Assembly: GCF_001194135.2 (NCBI RefSeq)
Contig: NC_068981.1
Location: 172,395,742-172,459,741, forward strand
Source: Octopus bimaculoides
Taxonomy: Eukaryota
Reading direction: 5' to 3'
Length of the DNA: 64,000 nt
Shown: piece after piece, positions 14,117 through 25,969 of the stretch
Position numbering within the stretch: position 1 is the first letter of the stretch
How the letters are laid out: every line of letters starts with the position of its first letter
The notes under the pieces: model-generated
Database searches by the model: none
The model's input: only the letters and a program-made list of their open reading frames with translations
Told to the model about the DNA's origin: nothing
Position numbers and translations under genes: made by a program

Positions 14117-15279
14117 GTAAGGTTGTCTTCAGTCATAATTTAAGCATGAACTTGTTATTTCATATATATATATATATATATATACTAGCTGTTTTTTTCC
14201 GGTTTCACCCGGGTAGTCTGGTTGATGTTGCTGTAAAACCTGCTATCTTCTAAATATTTACCTCCTCTTTGTATTCAAACACCAAAAATAAAGGTTTAAA
14301 AAAAAATATATTTTAAGAAAAAAAAATCCAAATTAATAAAAATGTTAAGTTGCTGATAGCTATAGTAACTGGAAGGTTTCAGCAAACACACATGCGCATG
14401 CATGCACACACACACATACACACATGCACACACATATAGTCACACAGAGTTGAAACGCTGAAAAAAATAAATCCACACATAAAAATGGAAATATATATAT
14501 GAAACCAAAAACCACTATATATGTATATATATATAAATTTGACATCACCACTTCCCTCCTTATTTATCACCCCTTCCTTTCTCATTCATAAACAAGAGTA
14601 TTATTATAGTAGATTATCTCGGTAATCATGAGAGCTATGAAAAGATACAAAGCCCAGCATCACCACCGGATCATTCTACACATCTGTGTAATTTTTCGCG
14701 CTATTCCACCCAGCTGTTTCACTGTGAATCCCAAGACGAGAAAGAATCACCCGTGTCAAATTTATATGTATAGATGTATATATATATATAGATATATGCT
14801 TACATGTATTTAATTCAATGGCAGTGAATGGTGGGTCCACTTTGGTGCAATGATTATTGCGATTGGACATTACTCAACAGATCAAGGTTCAGTTCTCATT
14901 GGTAATTTTGTCTGCTTTTTTCTATTTTATACTGTGCTTGTGAATATATTCAAATCTTAACCATTTATAAATATATTTTTGCAAGAAGAGGGTAACAGTG
15001 ACTTCAAAGTTTTGGCCTGTTAGCCTTCACCAGAGAGTCCAATAAAGGCTAGAAGGTTGAAATTTTGAAGTCATTGTTGCCCCTCTTTGTGTAAAAATAT
15101 AATAAATATGTACACTATGAAAAGTACTGAGTAATATATTTCAGTTTACAGTTAAACTGTTTTTATTATAACTCAACATAAAAACAAACATTAATATATA
15201 TATATNNNNNNNNNNNNNNNNNNNNNNNNNNNNNNNNNNNNNNNNNNNNNNNNNNNNNNNNNNNNNNNNNNNNNNNNAT

Positions 15280-15616
15280 ATAGACCCCCTATGGTCATGA
15301 ATGACCATGGGATTGCACCTACATAGTTCCCCTCAGAGACACAAGCCTGGGCAAGGTCGTTTATGGAAGACCAGCAGTCACCCATGCATACCAGCCTCCT
15401 CTCTCCATGCCACCGATGTTATCCAAGGAAAAGGGCAAAGGCTGATACAGTTTGGCACCAGTGACGTCACAACTCATTTCTACAGCTGAGTGAACTGGAG
15501 CAACATGAAATAAAGTGTCTTGCTCAAGAACACCACACACAGCCCAGTCTGGGAATCATACTCACTACCTCATGATTGTGAGCCCGACACTCTAACCACT
15601 GAGCCATGCACCCTCA
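15280..15616 (-). mobile_element. tRNA-headed SINE, family D, with a conserved central-domain-like segment
   Basis: Minus strand: TGGCTCAGTGGTTAGAG (A box), GAGTATGATTCCC (B-box-like), then ttgagcaagacactttatttc...cagctgtagaaatgag, which resembles CORE/V/Meta-type SINE domains. Confidence 0.7.
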
Positions 15617-16119
15617 GTGATAATAGTGTAATAAAAATACAGGGTAAACAGTAAGAGAAAAGGAAACTAATGGTCTGCATTGGTGATTAATAATTATTGA
15701 TTATAAACAACAGCACTGCTATTCCTCATAATAAATCAATTTATTCCACTGTTAAATCTTCCTAATAAAAATAAATATAGGTTATTGCTGATAACTGACT
15801 TTTCTGCTTCTGAGTAATCTTGTGTATCAGCTACTCTTCACATCAGACTGAAATTCTACTCTTGGCATGCCTTTTTTCATGCACATTTAAGTTTCTTTAT
15901 TCTTAACAAAACTGATTTCAGTTTACTGGATAAGTTTTGATTAACTGATAATACTTTGCTTTCCTCTGGATGCAACGTATAATTTAAATTTAAAATGAAA
16001 CTAGCATATGACTTCTACTAATGGATAATAAAGAGTTAAAACAGAGTAGTAATTTTTCTCATTCATAACATTTTATAATGAGGACGATGAAAATATTGTG
16101 TGTTTATATGTATATACAT

Positions 16120-16196
<77 letters not shown>

Positions 16197-16246
16197 GTAT
16201 GTATACTATCTGTGTTTGTGCTTTTATATATATATATGTGCGTGTG

Positions 16247-16287
<41 letters not shown>

Positions 16288-16823
16288 GTATGTATATATA
16301 TATATTCACTGTACCATTACTGTGTCCTCTCTCTCATATATCTACCCTCTCGGTCATGTGGCTTTGAATGTACATTGTTGAATGGTGACACAAAGCAACT
16401 TCAATAGTTAAAATGAACTGAGTACGTTCTGTAAAGCAATTAGTGATCAGGGATAGTGTATGATTGACCTTTTAGTCTGTCCAATGGCAGGACTGCCTCT
16501 TCAGTACTGTTGTCATATTAAGTTGCGTTCAGTGCACTCTGTAAAGTGGTCGGTGTTAAGAAGAGTGTTCAGCCAAAAAAACCATGCATTTTGAGCAAGA
16601 TGTGGCCCTATTTTGTCTGAAAATTATTCTATGTAAAAAGCTGTTGGGTTTCTTCCATACACATTATCTGAAATTTTGTCCCACTTGAGTTTTTTTTTTC
16701 CCCACTTAAATTATTTTTACCTATTTAATAACACAAAGCAGATACTTTTGTATCATAATATGAAACTGGATTTCATTGTGAAACAAATATCTGGATGAAC
16801 ATTTTAAACAGAAAATATAATTA

Positions 16824-17029
16824 CAGTAATCCCTCGACTATCACGGGTGGTACGTTCCAAAAATCCCCTCAATAGGTGACAATCCATGAAATGGAAACAG
16901 TACTGTACTATATCTTTTTTTTAATTTTTATAATTTGTATATATTTATTTTATCATAAATACAAAACAACACCATGGAGGAATCTGCATAAGCTTAAATA
17001 ATAAACCGCAATATGGCAAGGGATTACTG
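16824..17029. mobile_element. Tigger/pogo-like MITE (206 bp)
   Basis: TA|CAGTAATCCCTCG ... CAAGGGATTACTG|TA: terminal inverted repeats with a TA target-site duplication. Confidence 0.85.
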
Positions 17030-17069
17030 TATTGCAAAAACAGCTACTACTTTAACATCATTTACTAGA

Positions 17070-17620
17070 ACCTCTTGTTGACAAATGCTGCCATAATCTT
17101 TGCCTTCAGTTCATCTTTAGTGTTACAAGTTTTGTCGGCCTCTCACTCAACTGCACCCCACATAATAATCAAGGGGGTTGCAGTCTAGGGAGTTAGGTGG
17201 CCAGATGTTAAGGGTAATGTGATCGCAGAAATTGTCTGACAGCCATGACTGGGTTCTCCTACTTGTGTGGCATGATACAGAGTCCTGTTGCCGGACATAG
17301 GGTCTTCCAGCAGCCATCCTATTGACCTAGGGCAGCACTATCTCCTCCAGGCACTTGATGTAGTCCTCCTTGTTGAGTCTGAGGCCATGTAGGAAGATGA
17401 ATAGAGGCATAACATCGCCATCCCTAGTGATCACCCCAAACACCATGATGTTGACTGGATGTTTGATTTTTATCATTTTCAGTACAAGTCCTCAGACTGA
17501 CACCCAAACACTCCGAAATGTTCGTATTGGAGCTTCCAGTGCAAAGGCCAAGCAGTACAGCATGTCATTTCCAAATTTCAGGCAGTGAATTGCATCATGG
17601 TGGTGTTTTTCTCACAGACA
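17070..17620 (-). mobile_element. Tc1/mariner transposase fragment of maT (DD37D, Bmmar1-like) type
   Basis: Minus strand reads KHPVNIMVFGVITRDGDVMP...QQDSVSCHTSRRTQSWLSDNF...WPPNSLDCNPLDYYVWGAVE, with stops. Confidence 0.8.
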
Positions 17621-17702
17621 GTGCCCATCTGGCCTTACTATACTGTGTAGTTATTAAAATTATAAAATGGCAACAATTTATCCATCGCACCCTGTATGTA
17701 TG

Positions 17703-17753
<51 letters not shown>

Positions 17754-18718
17754 GTATGTATATATATATATATGGGCTGGACGGTTTTACTGAAAACTGG
17801 TAATCTCCCTGACTTACCAGTTTTCAGTCAAACTGTCCAACCCACCCATGCCAGCATAGAAAACAGACATTAAATGTTGATGATATATATATGTATATTG
17901 CATTATTTGTTCAAGACTAAGAATTTCAAAGTTTCCAGAGTTACTCACTGTATGTTATCCTTCTATTAAAGGACACATATTGCAAGAAACTCTAGCATCT
18001 GAATGAATCATCTTTTATCAAAATGAACTAAACTGTATCACATGTAACAAGTACTCTTTGTTCTGTTTGTATATTCTCACATAAATGTATTGCTTTATAT
18101 ATATTTTATATTTATGAAATTGTGTAAAGTTCTCTTTCAGTATATATTGTTTAATTCTTTTTCCTTTCCTTTTTTTTTTTTTTAATGTTTTTGTATTGTT
18201 GTTTGCGATTTTACCTTGTTTTGATTTCAGAACTTAAAAATATCCCTTTATGGTTATAAAAAATAGAAACATTTAAAAACCAATATTAGCCTTAATGTTT
18301 CTCATTTTGGTTTTCACCGACAACCAAGGGAGCCTCTACATAGCTGTTCAACTTGCTAGAAATAGCAGACAAATCTCCCTCAAGTTACACAATACCATCT
18401 TAGAAAAAAGTGGCACATTGGATGATGTGGTCCTGGGTGCATTGTGCCTGGGAAGAAGACAGGATGGTCACAGCAAGAATGCCTTTGGTTTATAGGTCTG
18501 TTTGATCAGACCTGAGGCTAAACAATAGCAACAACGATCTCCAAAGAATTTCAATCATGCATTAGCTGTATTCACTTTAGTATTTGCTATATAAATCAGT
18601 ACTGAGTTGGGGTACAAACACACTTATCTCAACTATGAAGTATTTTTCTTTTCATAGTCAGAGTGGAATATTTAATTTTTTCATTTCAATTTTTTAAATG
18701 TCTTTTTTATTCATTCAG

Positions 18719-18754
18719 CTATCGATAATCCGAACGAGGAACCAGCTATCAAAG
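18719..18754 (+). CDS. PPP3CA: Candidate 36-nt cassette micro-exon of calcineurin A encoding AIDNPNEEPAIK
   Basis: Pyrimidine tract ...tcttttttattcattcAG (18717-18) and donor AAAG|GTTAGT (18755). Length is 36 nt, phase 1-1, with no stop. It lies at the position of the vertebrate alternative exon ATVEAIEADE. Confidence 0.7.
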
Positions 18755-21700
18755 GTTAGTTTTCTATTTAGGATTGTATAGTTGAGAGACACTGGCATGT
18801 GCACGGCAGTCATAGGTAACTGTTTGTTTATTGGGGGTGCAAAGAGCAGCAACAAAACAATGGTGCAACACTTAAGTGCAGCAGGTTTGGGTCTAAATAT
18901 CTCCATTATTTTCTCTTCAATACACTGCATAATATAAAACATCTTCATATTTTAATCAACCATGCTATCTAGCACAATCAGAAAATAAGTCACTACTGCT
19001 AATTGTGAATAACATATTTTTTCCTACAATTCCTCTCATAGTTACATTCAGGGAAGTAGTACATGACAATCTAAATGAGGAATTGGAAGATCAATGCCAA
19101 TTAACTATATCCTTGCAGCTTTCACTCTGGCTTTTCCGTCCTAAAAGAAAACTTTGGAGAAGACATTTCAGCCACTGCTTCAATTTCCATTGCCACTAAA
19201 ATCTACTTCTAAAAATCACTACATTGGGCCAAGAGGCATTTAGAAACCCATTGTTTAAAACATTACAACAAACTAGACATAATGGCTTTAATCACTTAAA
19301 ATAAGCAGCACTCCAAAATGGGTTATTAGAATGTGTGAGAATTAAGTTTGAAATTGATACAAAGAAAAATATTTGAAATTTATAAATTTTTCTTTTATTC
19401 CTCCTGGCACTTTGCTAAAATTTACTCTAGGCTAAATATATCTACTAACTGCTTTATAAATATATGTAGAATAATTTCCTAAATAATTTTTTTATTATTA
19501 TTTCTGTATAAAAGAAACACAAGAAAAATAAAATAAATACTTTTACTATATATTTTAACATATTTTAAGATTAGTCCTACTAAAATCTAAACATCTAAAA
19601 TACGCTATTTACATTTCTCAGCTTAATAATAAAATACTGCCAAGCTTGGAGACACAATTTAACTTCATTGAGATTTTACCACATTACTGAAGGCTCCAAA
19701 TACCCAATGATTGTAAACCTTGAAATTCTAAAACATTGATGTAATGAAGTAAACAAACTGGTTGCTGTGATGAATTTCTCTAGCATTTTGTATAACCATT
19801 ATAATATCATACAAATGCATTATAATAGGGATAAAATAAAATGTAGTTGAACTTTAAAAATTTAGGAGCCAAAATTTAGCTTTGACTCTAGATAGACCAT
19901 TTTATAAATCCCCATCCCATCAATTATTAATAAACCATTCATTTAATCATTTAAATATTATATAATCTTCCCAACTTTTAAAGATTTTTTTTTTTTTTTG
20001 TCTTCTTTTTATTTTTCGTTTCTTATTATTCACTATAATATACTTTCACTACACTAAACAAACTTTGTATTCTTTTATTGGCTGCTATTGAGTTCATGTT
20101 TCCTTGTTCAGTACAAGATAAAACTATTTGACATAATTTAAACACTTATACTTTACAATATGAAAATTATGTTTAGAACCCATAATATGTTTAAAATATA
20201 TATTCAAAATAGTTAATTATTCAGTAGGACATTTTAAGGGTTAAGGATGTTGTTTGTGTGGGACTATTTTTTTTATTCCATATTCACAAAAAAAATTATT
20301 AGCATTTATGTTAATTATTTTAAATATTTCTGAATTCTAATTATTTTTTATATAAACTAATTCAAGTTAAGACTACTAATTTTGAAAAGATCTAAAACAA
20401 AAACTGCTAGATTTTTAACTTAAATTTTATTATTTCAATGTTTTAGTTTGTTTGTTTTTTTTTTGTTTTTTTGTTTTTTTTTTGCTAATTCAAATTTTAT
20501 TATGTTACTTTGGCAAAGAAAGCCCAAGAAGCACTTTTAAAATCCCTATCTGATGTAATAGTTCATATCAAAATAATTCTCTCAGTAAAATATTCATCCT
20601 GCATATGAACTTGAACTTAAAGGATTTTTTTCAACAGTTCAAATCAGACATAGTAGATAATATATTAATAGATCAATATGAATAATAGATTGTCCAAGTT
20701 GGCATGATTATTATACTAGAGAAGATTAGTCTTCTCAGAATCAGAATTCTAAAGTACTCAGTTAACTTCAAATTAATGTTATTTCTGTATATAATGGTTT
20801 GTTGGTTACAGAGATTACTTTAAACCTCACTACATGTTTGACTTGGCAAAAGTCTTATTTATGTAGTGCATTCTGCTAACTAGAGTTAGTATGTAATCAG
20901 CCATTTAATTGTTTAATTACTACACATGTTTTTACTTTTACATTATTCAAATAACATTGGTTCAGACTGATTCTTTGGTTTCCATTTGCTTATTTAAATA
21001 TTTATTTGGCTTTGCTTTTAGCAAAATTCATCAAATACAAGTAATTAGATTAATTGTTCCTTAAAAAAAAAAAAACTGTCATTAGCTTTCATATAGTACC
21101 TGCTTTCTTTTGTGTTTCATCACGATTGCTGCTTCTGCTGCTGCTAGAAACTAATTTTTTTTTTGTTGTTTTTGTTGATGTCTTGACTGTAGAAATAACT
21201 GTTGTTTATAGCTTCCTGTCTGGTTTTAGGCTGCTTTCCAAATTCAGTGTTGTCACACTGTAGGGGTTTCAATTTTAGAGGAATTGATTGCTATAAAATC
21301 AACTGAAGTACAATGTGTGCTTGCTTGTTAGAAAATATTAGCAAATGTTTTAAGTAATTCCAAAAACCTGTTGAACTAGATAAAAAAATAAAAATAGGTT
21401 AGTTTATTTAAAGTTGACTGAGTTTTCAAATTTCAAAGAATATATCTGTAAAAGCTTCTTGGAACTACAAAAAATGTTTTTTTTTTTTTTATTTACCTAT
21501 TTTTATGGAATTGTTGTTATGATGATATCTGCTCATATATCTTCATATTGCCTGGAAACATTTATAAACTCAATCAAATTTAAATAAAGGCTCAAAACAA
21601 GAAGCAACAAAACCACAATTTAACATCAGGCTAGCTATGTTTTGCTCTCTCTCTTTCTTTCTATGATCAACTTCATCTCAAACTTCTCCAAGTAGCTAAC

Positions 21701-24060
21701 ATATTTCTGTGACAGTCAGATTACTATTTACATTGCATCGACATGCAATGTAGCTACTCTTTCTGTTGCACCTTTTCACACACACATCCCTACACATACC
21801 ATCTGGAACTGATTGCCATCCAGTTTAGAGTCTCTTATCAGTTGATGTCAGTGAAATAGAAATCTGATGACTGACAAGCTGAGTGTGCAACCTAGTTTCT
21901 GTTCTTCATTGGAACCATTTTCTTCATTATGTTGTTAATGCTTCTTGGAGAAGCATAACCATCACAAGTTCATATTTCCCATCCATAAAATTTAAGGTTT
22001 CATTTCTATAAATGTGGTTATTGTCAGTAGTTTGAAGTGGAATGGGCTCTACCAGGTTGATCTGCTTTTTCAACATAATAAGAAGAGAGCAAACCAATAG
22101 AATTAGGAACATTAGTTACGACTGCCTATATCTTGTCGTCTTTTTGTTATTTCCTCTGTGTGCCATATAAAGCGAATAGTGAAATTTTTGCCGTGTGATG
22201 TCAAAATTATTTTTGTATTGCTTTCTTTTGTTAAAGTTGGGAAAATTATAACATTAGATACCACAAAAGCCAACTTCCAGCATGCATCAGTATTTGAATA
22301 CTCCAAATGACTCAAATTTATTAAGTGTAAATTGCAACTTAACCATTCTTTTAAGAATCATCTTGACAAAATATATTTCTGTCTCAAAAATATGTATTTA
22401 GTCAAAAGATTTTACTATCAAAAAATATTTTCAAATTCAGACCAAATAATATTAATTTCTTAATATTATTTAATAAGTTTCTCTTATGCTTTTTAGCTTC
22501 AACTTTTGCATATCTTCAACATCATCCCAAGTGTGTGGCTCCTTATAAAATGTGGTAGCATTGTAGCCATTGCTGTAACAACAAACTGTCACTGTTTAAA
22601 TCCCAAGTTTATCTGGTTTTCTCAAAGATGTCTGCTAGGTGGCTAGAGATTACTGGCACTCTGAGATTAATACACATGTTTCCAGCTTCATTATTCACAC
22701 CAAAATCTCAGTCGCAGTAAACTGGAAGTGACAAATTTTAAAACAGATTTAGTTCTTCAGATATTAGTACTGACTTTGTCTTCAATTTATTATTAAAAAC
22801 AAAAATTAATATTTATTGTAGGCTTTGATTCATTAACTTCAAATCATTGAATTACAAATATAATACACTAAAGTTTTAATTACACTTGCTGGGAGATTGG
22901 TAGCACGTATTATTAGACTAGATGTTTTGTTTTGTTTTGGTTTTTTTAAGACATAGTCTATAAGGTGTTCTAAGAGCAACTTTTGTATCAAATAATTGCT
23001 TTTATTGTTTTTCTACATTGGTTTGTTAGTACAGATTGAATGTTAGAATTTCTGTCTCAGTATATGTTGGTTATTTTCTGTGTCCTCTGTTTCGTACCTG
23101 AGAATTGTTTTCTTTTGTGCTGATATAGAAGTAAAACAAAGAATGTGATTATCCACATGCATCTGTTTTGGTTCAACATACATACACACATGTACATGGA
23201 TATGTACATAATCATCAGCTAAAACCATTTGGAATTGATTTTGATTGTATTAAACATTTCATAAATTTCATATCATATGACCATCAAACATGAACTTTTG
23301 GATATTACCTGATTGATCACTACAACATACTGTACATTTATATAACAACTGCATTGACTTATAATCTAAAATCATTTCACTTACTGAAATAGATACATAG
23401 CTGAAAAATGATTGCATGAACATTAGTCAACTGAAACAAATAATTTGAAGTTCTTGATTATATATAAATCATTTGAATAAAAATATATTAATGAAAGATT
23501 TTCTTAATAAACTAAAATGGAAATGTTAATGCAACATTTTCTCATTGATTTGTGTACTTTTACAGCTTCAATGAGAGTCTCTACTGACCTACAGTAAGAT
23601 TTTGAAGTGTGAATAGTATATTTAGGGACTAAGGAGATGTTATTGTCTTCAGATAAACTGCCATCAGTATGTATTGCTGATATTCTTTTGTAAATATGAT
23701 GGCTGTTGGTTTGAAAATAGATCATAACACACTTTGACTGAAATAGGAAGGTGTGACTGAGAAGAGCTGAAAGTTTTTATAGAGAATTTACTTTAAAAAA
23801 ATGTCAGCTCCAAAAATAGCAGAAATACAATCTCAACTAATCCATTCCAATATGAGAAAATGGATGCAGTGTTATTGATGCAATCAAATATTCATCTTGT
23901 TAGTATTAACAATTGCTGAGAAAGCACACATGCATAAAAACTTATTAAATGTATATTTACAATACATGAATGTTTAAGCATATTTTTTACAGGCTTAAAA
24001 GAAAAACATTTAGTCAATTTGGTCATTAGTAATCAGAATTGTTGAATATACTTTTATTCT

Positions 24061-24239
24061 TTTACTTGTTTCAGTCATTTGACTGCAGCTATGCTGGAGC
24101 ACAACTTTTTTTTTAGTCGAGCAAATCGACCCAGGACTTATTCTTTGTAAGCCTAGTACTTATTCTATCGGTCTCTTTTTGCCAGACCGCTAAGTTACGT
24201 AAACACACCAGCATCGCATATCAAGCGATGTTGGAGGGA

Positions 24240-24285
<46 letters not shown>

Positions 24286-24453
24286 CATATATACGACAGG
24301 CTTCTTTCAATTTCCGTCTACCAAATCCACTCACAAGGCTTTGGTCGGCCTGAGGCGATAGAAGACACTTGCCCAAGGTGCCACGCAGTGAGACAGAACC
24401 TGGAACTATGTGGTTGGTAAGCAATCTACTTACCACACAGCCATTCCTGCACC
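24061..24453 (-). mobile_element. tRNA-derived SINE, family A (full length)
   Basis: The minus-strand head has A-box/B-box-like TGGCTGTGTGG...GGTTCCAGGTTC, an internal (TG)n and a 3' end ...gactgaaacaagtaaa. Multiple copies occur in the window. Confidence 0.85.
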
Positions 24454-24746
24454 TATGGAGTGGTCAAATATGGTCATAAATTACAAAAAGTGCAATGATT
24501 TTAGTTAATAAAGTCAAACACATTAGAAATATTCACACTTTTTCAAAACATCTTTTACTCAGTTTGGTTTAAAGTTTCCAAATATTCATTCATTACTTTG
24601 TTTTTTTTTTTGTTTTTTTTAAATTCATGTTATCTTTTTTATTTTCCAGCTGTTGGTTCTTACAAATTTGTACATGTATGTATTTCATAGAATTTGTTAT
24701 TATTTGGTGATTTTTTATTTTTTATTTTTCTTTTATTTCATTGCAG

Positions 24747-24874
24747 CACTCAGTGGTTTTTCTCCTACCCACAAAATAAGTGGGTTCGATGAAGCCAAGA
24801 GTTTGGATAAATTGAATGAACGCATGCCCCCGAGAAGAGATGCAGTCAATACCAATAACAAGGAGAAAGCGTAA
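24747..24874 (+). CDS. PPP3CA: Calcineurin A terminal coding exon with autoinhibitory domain
   Basis: Acceptor tttcattgcAG (24745-46), phase 1. It translates (A)[41 protein letters not shown], matching the AID motif ([23 protein letters not shown]). The stop is TAA, followed by TGA. Confidence 0.97.
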
Positions 24875-25164
24875 TGAGGGACAAAAACCCTCTTCTCTCC
24901 ACCAAGGCTGTTATTCTTCCGGGCTGGAGTCAACCATCACATGCAGGGGAACGAATGCTGAGCTCTGTGTGCAGGGTCCAGCTGTGAACAGCTCTGTTGA
25001 TCTCACCTTGTACGATTTGCTACCTGGGATGTATGATTATATCAGAATTCAATGTATACATATTTTATACCTATTTAATGGTTCTTTACCCCTCCCCTGC
25101 TGGCAACCTGCAAATACAATTGGTAAATGCTGTTTTGTGATGTGATGTTTCTTTCCTTTTCTTC

Positions 25165-25170
25165 AATAAA
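25165..25170 (+). terminator. Candidate proximal poly(A) signal of calcineurin A
   Basis: AATAAA about 290 nt after the stop. It runs into a genomic A-tract, so it is ambiguous. Confidence 0.4.
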
Positions 25171-25789
25171 AAAAAAATGCTTCCTTTCTAGTAAAAAAAA
25201 AATTTAAAAAGTTAATAAATTATAAAACTATCTGAAAAATAAAATGTAAAAATTTAACATGAAAATTCATTATTAAGTATGGTAATTTACTGAGGTGAAG
25301 TGAGTTCAAACTTTTCGAATGCCACTAGGAAAGTTTAAAGTTTTCTTCAACTCTTTTATACCACTTGTGTGGCAGTATTATTTATGAGGGAAGTTCATGA
25401 GCAGATGTTGCCAGGGATATTCCCAATAACAACATCTGGACTTAAATACTGCCTTGTCATTGTATGCAAGCCTCTCATTGGGGTAGAATTGATTCTTTCA
25501 TCTTTTTACAAAATTTCCGAAACAAACACATTCTTTTAGTTTTAGCCCAATCTTTATTTTGAACTGTGGGCTAAAAAAAAAATTATGATGGTGATGTGAT
25601 GATGATGATGATAAAGATGATGATGATGATGATGATCAGAACTTCTTACATAGGCATGAAGCCTTACTGTTAATTGAAGTAACATTATGGAAATGTTGCT
25701 CAATACTAAATTTGTTATATTAAATTTAAAGAATACTTTATCTGGCTTGTTTTAAATAGAATATGTTATCGAAAAAAAAACCTAACATA

Positions 25790-25828
25790 TATATATATGT
25801 ATATATGTGTGTGTGTCTCTGTCTGTCC

Positions 25829-25869
<41 letters not shown>

Positions 25870-25890
25870 CATACATATATATATACATAC

Positions 25891-25966
<76 letters not shown>
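25790..25966. repeat. Compound (TA)n/(TG)n/(TACA)n microsatellite; representative of many (e.g. 16105-16300, 17694-17772, 35175-35246, 9380-9520)
   Basis: Seen directly. These repeats generate the spurious YIYIYI/THTHTH ORFs in the track. Confidence 0.98.

Positions 25967-25969
<3 letters not shown>

Noticed and set aside
21729-21752. 10-bp perfect hairpin TACATTGCAT-cgac-ATGCAATGTA
   Set aside because: This length is expected by chance in 64 kb of AT-rich DNA.
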